Assembly (NCBI GenBank): GCA_000708835.1
Contig: DF237315.1
Coordinates: 30,743 to 94,742 of the forward strand
DNA length: 64,000 bases
Source: Klebsormidium nitens
Lineage: Eukaryota > Plantae > Klebsormidiophyceae
Direction: 5' to 3'
Part shown: in pieces, positions 55,617 to 64,000 of the stretch
Numbering within the stretch: the first letter of the stretch is position 1
Layout: each line of letters begins with the position of its first letter
Notes under the pieces: model-generated
The model's database searches: none
What the model was told of the DNA's origin: nothing
Seen by the model: the letters and a program-made list of their open reading frames with translations, nothing else
Program-made: the position numbers and the translations under genes

Positions 55617-57507
55617 CCACTTTGGGTCTACTTTGAGTTAAGCTTGAGCGGACGACTTTTGAGTATATGAGAAAGCAAGTCAGCAGGTTTGTCTTCTCAC
55701 GCAGCCCGCCATGACATATAGGCTGTACCATACAGGAGCTCCGTCGACAACATTGTTTTGAAATTGTTGGGTTTTGTTTGCAGAGAGTATTTCAAGATTT
55801 GGAAGCACTCATGCTGTCTTGGTACATCCCTTGCAAGATATGTGCCTCATGTAACATGCATCATTCAATTGTGCCTTGATGATAATCAACAACGACCAGC
55901 AGTTCAACGGTTGTGTTCGGCCGCATCCATGCATGCACTGAGCCTTAGTACGCACTGAAGCGCATATACCGCCGTGATGAACCTACCGTCAGCCTCGGCT
56001 ATACTATAGGGCTGAGCAGCAAGCTGCCGCTCATGATGTGGAGTCGGATGTATGAAGTGGTGGCACTTAAACTTGCTCAGCTGGCATGGCGCCATGATTT
56101 CCAAGTACAGACTTATACTAATACTAGCTAAGAGAACGATCTGCTATGTATTCAAACGAACAACTTATATCTGCATGAACTAAACGCATTTATCAATTAT
56201 GCATCATTGGAATGTTGCTGTCGACCGCATGTTGTCGGTTGTGCCATTGCAAGAGCTTGCTGTGCCATTGCAAGTTGCAGCTCATGATTGAGCTAGATCC
56301 AAATGATGTACTATGCAGACACGGCCCTGACACGTTGCATTACCGTTGTCAATCGAGCTGCCATCGCACTGATTGAAACGGTTTGTGTCTCGCGTGTGAG
56401 TCAGTGGCTCAAAATGTTTCACAAGGACGCAGACAATCACCGTCAAGAGCACACTGCCAGAGCCGCAAGCCCGCTTACCTTTCTGCAAAAGCGAGTCACA
56501 TAATTCCCATGCCCGTCATTACCTCTGCCCAGACCGATGACCTTGGTAGCCCGTACTTACAGTTACCTATGCCTTCTGCATCTCAAGGCTAAAGCATCAC
56601 AAACATTTCAGCAAGAAACTGTGCCCCTGACTTGGAGCTGTCCTCCTTTTCAAGCCGCGGTTTGCCCAATATTCACACCCTTTTGAGTGGTCCTACGCGG
56701 CGCTCGACCAGAGGGCCAGATCGACCGAGTGTGAGCTCAGTCGCAATCGGAGTGCAAAGAATTCTGTAAGGGAACGGGGGAACTTTACGTACGGACGACC
56801 GTAGTTGAGCTCTCGACATATTTGTCCCTGCAGAGTCGAGCGAAATGGAGGTGCTCAGTTGCGAGGAAGACCGGTAAAGGAAAGAGTTGTTCCTTTGCTG
56901 ATTGGAGAAAAAACGTCTTTTGTGGGGCAGCATTCGACCTTGATCCAAGCAACTCGGGCATTATCTCCACTATGTACTGATTTATCTTGTATACGGTTGA
57001 TACAGGTAGAAAACCGTTGATTAAGAAGAAACGACCAGGAAGGAAACTACTTTCAAAGATAAGTTCGAAACGAGGCACTCATGACTACCACCTCGCCAAT
57101 GTGCCGTCGTCGCTCGTGCCGCCAATATCGAAGCAGAACGGGAATCCCGACCAATTGCTGAATCTTTCAGGGCGCTGACGCAATCAGGGCCCGCACCACC
57201 AGCATGTGAGTGTTTCAACCGCCGCCCGACTTCTCGATCCTCCCGCGCTACCTCTTTCTTCCTTGGTGTTTATCGACTCGGTCAATGACCGCACGACAAC
57301 AGTCAGCAAAAACACGATTGATTTCCTGGATCTCGCTCCTTAATTCAGCGTCCTCGTCACTGCCTTTTGAAGTAAGTCCACAAACTCCATGACGTCCGTG
57401 TTGCCATCCCCTGTGGCGCCGAAAGCCGCCCTCATGCATTCAAAGACGAAGTGAGGGGAATGCGACATACTTCCGCTCTAAGTATCTCTTTACTAACATC
57501 TCCGTAC

Positions 57508-60500
57508 TCACTTGATGTCCACCAGCTTGATGACCGCCGCGTTCCCGATCCTGTGCAGCGCCACGATGCAGTCGCCCTTCTTGCACATGTTCTTCGCCTT
57601 GGCGTAGCTCAGCGCCGCGTTCAAGATGTCGTCCGTCGTGTCGGAATCCGTTGCACGGGCGGAACCCTCCGCGAGCAGCGGAATGAGCCCCCGGCAGACG
57701 AGGGCCTGCCGTGCGGGGCTCTCCTCGCTGATGTTCCAGGTTAGGTTATCCGTGGTTAGCACCGGGATAACCACGCTGAGGACGGGAACGGCGGGGCGGT
57801 ACTTGGCAACGAGCTTGGCGGTGGAGCCGCCCCGGGTGAGGACCACGATTAGGCTGGCGTTGACCTGGAAGCCAAAACGGGGGAAAAGGCAAAGAGTTTG
57901 AGAGAATGACCGAAGACGGTGCAGTGAAACTGCTTTCTTCAACATCAAGAGGTTGTGATAAGCTACGCAGTGGCTCACCAGACTGAGTTACAACCGTTGT
58001 CATATGGATCAGACAGACAAGTCGACATTACGGTGTCCGATGTGCAGCTCGTTCTTCGGAGCTGCGGAAATGCATCACGTCGGCTGAGAAAGTGGATTTG
58101 AAGACATGGCGTTCTGCCAGCGGCAGCAGCCAAGGTCTTCAGAGTCGTGTCAACAACGATGTGGCTCCACAACAAATCTTACGATCTCCTGGTGATCAGA
58201 GGAAGCTCCTCAGAACTGCGTTCTTCGCAACAGCATCTCTGCCTGACCTCCTAACGTTTACCGACGACTCGGGTCATGCGCTTTTCTCCCTCACCTTGTG
58301 CGCTGTCCGCACGGCTGAGGACGCCAGGCTCTCTAGGGGGCTCATGGGCAGGGGCGTTTGCTTCATGATGGTCTTGAAGAGCGCAAAGTAGTCCAGGCTC
58401 GCCTCCGCCTCGCGGCAGATCCGCGACATCACCTGCGCCCACCGTTTCACAGACTCCGTCAGCGACGTGCAAAAGGCAACGGGACGAACAGGAGTGACAG
58501 GAGGGACGAGAAATCCGCAGAAAACGCCACGTGTCGCCGTTTTGCCTATGGCTCGAGATGCATTTTCGCAGAGTCTGCGAGATTATTGCCGCAACAAAGG
58601 TGAATGAAGAAACGCCATTGTCGGCATTTGTTTTCTCTATTGCTCGAGATGCATTGCCGCAGAGTCTGCGCGAAGATTGCCGTGACAAAGATGGTCGGAA
58701 AAGCGAAGCCGGATTCGATCCAACATCAACTGACACATGAGCAACTTCGCATTATCGTGCGCCCACCTGCACCGCCTCCTCGGGCCACGACCCGGCCGCC
58801 GTCTCTCCGCTGAGCATGACGCAGTCGGTCCCGTCGAGGACCGCGTTCGCGACGTCGGTCGCCTCAGCACGGGTGGGACGGGGTGACTTAATCATAGACT
58901 CGAGCATCTGCAAGGGGTTTCGCCAAAGGGGTAAGCGAAAGGCTCGTGACGAGAGGGTCAACGGCTTGTGACGTCAGAATTGAACGTTTAGTTGGTTAAA
59001 AAACTAGGCAGGCTGGGCCGTCGCTTGGATCCATTGGCCAAGTTCTTCAGTGGTAGCCGACTAGGGGCTTCCCAATCAAGCTGACCATCCGATTCCCGTG
59101 TTGCATTCCAAACACAAATAGAGAGACAAAGCTTGCAATCGTAGCTTCCAACTGGTCCTTCCAACGCGCATGGAGTACAGAGACTTCACAGCAGCCCTCT
59201 CCCAAGGATCGCTTTATGATTGCTGAACAGAGAAGCAAGTGACCCTGCAGTTCCGCAGATACATCTCCAAGAAGAACGTTCTTGGACTGAGCGTTAGCCA
59301 GAAAGAGGACCGCCTCTTTTGTCGCACAGATGTTCCATCTATGTAATCCAAAGTCAGACTCATTTGCAAATCGGAACGAATCAAGAGTTGCCAACAGCTG
59401 TCGCCCAAACTCTACCAAGCTCTGTGCTGACCTGCGTGGCAGTGACGACAGGCTTGCCGGCCGTGTTGCACTTGTGGATCATCATCTTCTGCGCAAGGAA
59501 GATCTTCTCGGTGGGGATCTCCATGCCCAGGTCACCACGCGCCACCATGATCCCGTCCGTCTCACGCAGCACCTCGTCGAAGTTGACCAGGCCCTCCTGG
59601 TTCTCGATCTGGGAAAGTTACCGGGGGAAAGCAGTGTGAGGGCTTTGAGGACGTTCAGAACCAACGCCTCCTGCTTTTAAGAACGTTCAGAAACAAGGCC
59701 TTCTAGTTCTTGTAATCGGGAAAGAAGCAGAGCGAGTGGTTTGACAACAGTATGAACCACGCCGACCCGGATGTCAGCCGGGTTGGATTGGTAGGTAGGA
59801 GGAGGAGTCGAACTTTCGATGTGTCAGCAGGAAGAGGTTTTCCTAACCTCTTCGTGAAGATGAAGTAGGGTGAAACGAGAAGAAAGTTCTAAGAAAGACA
59901 ATGAAGAGGCCCTCTGGACACCATTGCAAGCAAGGCCCTCTTTGGACCTCGAATTCGGATGCGGAAAGCTGAGTGCTTCAAGGAAAATCCCACAAAGAGT
60001 TGGCAGCATCTCAACCTACTCATACAACCTTCAATAATGACAGTGAAAGTCCCACCTTGGAGATGATCTGAATGCTTTTTGCGTGCGTCCCCAGCAGCTT
60101 CCTGATGTTGATAAGGTCCAGGCCCTTGCGCACAAAACTGGCGGCGATGAAGTCAATCTGGTTGGGGACGCCCCAGTTCATAATGTCGTCCTCATCCTGG
60201 AAAACAGGAACAGAGTCCACTCACGCCAGTGGGTTGCAGATGCTGGTCACTCTTGTGACACGAAAGTGGACCGCTCAATTGTGATGTCCAATGGCCATAA
60301 GCCTCGTCAGAAAGAGCGTTCTTGCCGGCGTCAGGAGGGGAACGGAATTTGACACCGAAAGTGAGCGTGCCCTTATGCCGCAGCTTGTGTAGAACCGTCC
60401 AACAATTGCAGTCGGCTACAATCATACACCACCTGTTGTTTTGTTATTACTCATATGAGTAGCTAAGGGTCCTCAAATGTTGCCTGGCAGCTGACTGCAG

Positions 60501-62721
60501 AATCGAGGAGGCCGGTGCAACACCACAGCAGCGACTTGCTCAACCAACATAATTGCCGCCGCTCATGCATAAGGGGCCCGTATCGTCCACATTACATCAA
60601 ATTGTTTTGCGCATTGCCAGCCTTCACCCGCTGGAATCGCACAAAGAGCCACCACCTGCAGACTGCGTCGCATCAGCGAACCTCGAGGGTCGTTTCTGCC
60701 TGCAACACACCTTGGGCGTCACAGTCGGCAGGTCCACAATGACCCCGGGGAGATTCACGTTCTTCCGCTCCCCCAGCATCGCCGTGTTCTCGCACCGCGC
60801 CACCACGGTGCCTTTGTCGGGGTTGCAGGACACGACGGTGAGAGTGATGCTTCCATCGGCACAAAGAATGGTCTGCACAAGACCACAGAATTGTTTTTCA
60901 GCAGCGGCGAAGGGCCCTCATGCTGGCAAGCCAGTGGGTAGCATTTGGTAGTCACTTGGCAAGCAATTGTGCCAATCTTTGAAATTCTGCTGAGCGGGTT
61001 TGTGATCCAGTAAAATACATACTTTATCGGCGTTTTTGCTGTACACAGCGGCTCCAACATGAAAGTATCGGGGCCCGTGCGCATCTTGAGGCTGTCCAGG
61101 CGGGACTTGTATGTGTAAGTGCTTCTTCATTTGATTCCACCGTACGGCTGCGCAATGACTGATCTCTAGCCCTGACCTGGTTAACTGATACTAAGGCCCA
61201 AATCACTAGCAAGCGCAACGTGAGCGCACCAGCAGACCTGTCTCTTGTGTGTGTTTTGAAACGATCAAAAGATGGCGCACTAGCTTGTCGCAGTTGGAGG
61301 GGCCATCAGACTGAACTTCTCCTTCCCAGCTGTTTGGTAGATCCTTATTCATGAAAGGACAACGAAAATTCCACAAAAGCAATGCTGGCGCTCTTACCTG
61401 GCCCGGCCGCATATCCTCCGGCAGCTTTTTGTAGCTCATGGCGATTGTCGTCTCATCGCCCTGAATGGTATAGTCTGTGGAGATGGTGACCTCCTTGCCT
61501 TTCTCCAGCTTCACCGGCTTGCCACCTTTGAGCATCCCCGTCCGGATCTCGGGGCCCTGTTTGAAAAGACAAGATCTGGCCTCACTTGCTGATTTGACTG
61601 CTGACAACATCTTGCCAAGCAAGATTCCTCACAAATGTAACTGGACACAATGATTGTCACACAAAGATGCAAGCTTAAGCGATATGATATCAGCCACTCT
61701 GAATTTAGTAGAGCGCTGTTGCCACGGCATTGCGGGAGCAGCAGTCTTGCAACTACCATCTTTCATCAGCGGCGCTTACCGATGCTAAGCAGCATTCATC
61801 CATTACCCTTGGCACTAGCCGTAGACTCCCCAACTCAAGCCCTAAGCTTCTTGACTACAATATCTTTCCACTTACGGAACTCTGCGCTGCTCTGCATTGC
61901 CCAATCCTAGCATCTTGACAATGAGGAGTTTCGATATGCACCGCTGCGTCCGTATATGTTTCGATGTTCAATGCTGCTGCCAACGTGCTCTTAGCTACTC
62001 ATCTGTTTGAGGACAAAGATTGCTCTTTGGATAGAGCACTAGAGCCTCTGAAGACTCCAAAAGATTGCATTTTGAAGTGCAAGCGAGGCCTGACCTTTGT
62101 ATCGAGCAGCACGGCACACATGATCTGCGTGTTGGCCATTGCTTGCCGCAGTTTATCAAGGGTCTCCTGGTGGTACTCGTGGCTCCCGTGTGAAAAGTTG
62201 AAACGTGCCACATTCATGCCGGCCTGGAAAAGGGGGGCCATCAATGATCAGCACCTTGAAAGCAGTATAGAATGTGGAAGGATGAATCATGGTCCTTCTA
62301 AGAGTGAGCTCACACTCGACTCTCTGCTTCCATTGGCTTACGAGCAAGATCAGTGTCTCATCACTTCACTGAACAGGTTTTGATGACCTACCTTTAAGTA
62401 GATCCAAATAACAAATGCTCATCAAACTCACAGATCTCTAGACCTCCAGCATAAGCCAACAGAACAGGGGCAGAGCAAAAGCGAGTGGGATCTGGTGCCA
62501 TTGGATCTACCCCTGCAGACCGGTTTGCACACTTAGATCTACAGCGAGTCATTCTTCTGACCCCGAACCCACACCATATGCCAGCAGATTGGCCTTACGT
62601 GCAGAAGTTTCTCCAACATTGGCACCTCCCGAGACTTGGGCCCCAAGGTACAAATGATCTTTGTTTTCGAGAACGAATGCGGGACCCCATTGATGATCTT
62701 ATCTATGTCAAGGTTTGCCAT
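57508..62721 (-). CDS. PK: Cytosolic pyruvate kinase, 9 exons, 508 aa
   Basis: Exons 62721-62599, 62223-62095, 61556-61398, 60872-60711, 60196-60056, 59608-59432, 58907-58767, 58432-58295 and 57864-57508 total 1527 nt in frame. Motifs: [87 protein letters not shown]. Confidence 0.97.
58522..58690. repeat. Imperfect ~88-bp tandem duplication in pyruvate kinase intron 7
   Basis: aaacgcca...gctcgagatgcatt..cgcagagtctgcg...attgccg..acaaag at 58522 and 58610. Confidence 0.8.
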
Positions 62722-62963
62722 CCTGCGTGACGTAAATGCGACTGGCCCACAGCTGATATGAAAGCTTGAATGGACGGTATGGCAGCTCCAAATGAGAAGC
62801 AGACGAGCAGATTGGACCTGCTGCGAGTGCGAGTCAGACTCTGAACGACTCCGGGTGGCGCTGCACTTTCTCCCAGACTCTGAACTAAAGCCTCCTTGAA
62901 CTTCTCAAGGCTAAGGACTAGGACTACTAACCGAGTGTGTATGTTACAAGAGCGTAATGTGAA

Positions 62964-63010
62964 GAGCGTTACCGCGCGGCGAGCGTTACCGCGCGGCGAG
63001 CGTTATCGCG
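62964..63010. repeat. 17-bp tandem repeat (2.7 copies) upstream of pyruvate kinase
   Basis: gagcgttaccgcgcggc x2 plus gagcgttatcgcg. Confidence 0.85.
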
Positions 63011-63062
63011 TGTGCGTGGTGTGTCGAGTGTGTTATGCAATCGCCGGCGCAGACTAGACCAG

Positions 63063-63526
63063 GGTCGGGTTCACATTGGGCTTCTGGCCATAATTCGGTC
63101 TGCCTTGATTCACAATTGGAAGTACCCATGCTGACGTTTCAGCAGTTTCGGATTACGATGTTCAAAGTGGGTTCACATTGCAGATTGGTCCGTATCGTGA
63201 TTCAAAACTCTCGACCGCAACCACGTGATCGGCCATTGTGAACCAAGATGAGTACACTTGGTACACAATATCGTCAGCAAAGGCGGAGGCGTGACGATAT
63301 CAAACCTGTACTTATCGTGATTGGGCTATCCAAACGCGGTCGTCGACCGCGTTTCGATAGCCTCCCCGATTTGGGTAGGTTGAGGTCCAAACTTCGACTT
63401 CGATAAGTTTGGTTGTTCGAAGAATTGACCGTTAGCCCGCCGACTCTGGCGGGCTGACGCCGAGTGACGCAAGTCTACCTACGAATCACGATAAGAGTTT
63501 TGAGAAAGTCCAATGTGAACCCGACC
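63063..63526. mobile_element. Non-autonomous PIF/Harbinger-type MITE, 464 bp, 21-bp TIRs, CAG target-site duplication
   Basis: Left end GGTCGGGTTCACATTGGGCTT. Right end AAGTCCAATGTGAACCCGACC (20/21 match). CAG flanks both ends (63060-63062, 63527-63529). Internal gggttcacattg at ~63168 and inverted cttatcgtgatt/aatcacgataag subterminal motifs. No ORF. Confidence 0.85.
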
Positions 63527-64000
63527 CAGCTCCAAAACTGGGTTAACTGGTGATGACGTAAGCTTGTGATGACGTCAGCAGTCGGCTACAGGCTGCCACC
63601 GGTGTACCGGTGATCAGTCTCCGGGTGCATGGGACGAGCCTTGGATACTCGCCGCTCGGAACTCTCGGAGCGTTCAAGAATCAGTGTAGTGAATCGCGTG
63701 TAGGTTGCGAGCCCGTTGCGAGTTGATATAATATTGAATAACTTAGAGGGTGCGTGGAGGGTGCAATTCGATTGCTGACTGAATGTGTCTCTAATCATTT
63801 AATCAATCACGGTTGCCTTTAGGAAGAATTGAAAAAGGATTGAAAAATTGCATTGTGGAGCTGGCAAGCATGCATTGAACAAGCGGCGTAGGGAGAGCGG
63901 TCACGTTGCCACAATGCTTGTGCCTCGCTTGGGCTAGCTTCACAGCCAGTGTGATAAAACATGGCGGCACGTGATGTATATTTCAAAAACGAAGCTTGTG

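Noticed and set aside
56670-57440. Exon-like ORFs downstream of pyruvate kinase (e.g. SDEDAELRSEIQEINRVFADCC)
   Set aside because: I could not link them into a gene model or to a known family.
63551-63578. Tandem TGACG motifs resembling an as-1/ocs element
   Set aside because: The spacing (11 nt between motifs) differs from the canonical 7 nt, and no target gene start is visible in the window.

Overview
Eukaryotic, intron-rich (GT-AG) nuclear DNA with a plant/green-algal gene set. It looks like a streptophyte alga such as Klebsormidium, but this is inferred only from gene content, composition and intron style. Conserved single-copy genes sit at both ends: IMP4 and a katanin p60/KATNAL2-like AAA ATPase on the left; a plastid DUF2301 membrane protein and cytosolic pyruvate kinase on the right. 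Between them is a ~39 kb birth-and-death F-box cluster. It holds five EID1-like F-box genes, two F-box/LRR-like genes paired head-to-head with the first two EID1-like copies, and a tandem triplication of an ABM-gene/EID1-like/TVP38-gene block whose breakpoints left truncated relics of both neighbours. The most striking observation is the architecture of the three right-hand EID1-like copies. Two of them begin MARTKQTARKCSGG, a near-perfect histone H3 N-terminal tail, with only synonymous differences between the copies. All three end in a separate exon encoding a Cys-rich finger with SHI/STY-like spacing. Other observations: captured single exons of dihydropyrimidinase and ethanolamine kinase beside a hairpin-forming minisatellite; decayed copies of exon boundaries inside katanin and pyruvate kinase introns; and a PIF/Harbinger-type MITE with a CAG target-site duplication. 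All exon coordinates and family assignments were made by eye, with no database search.
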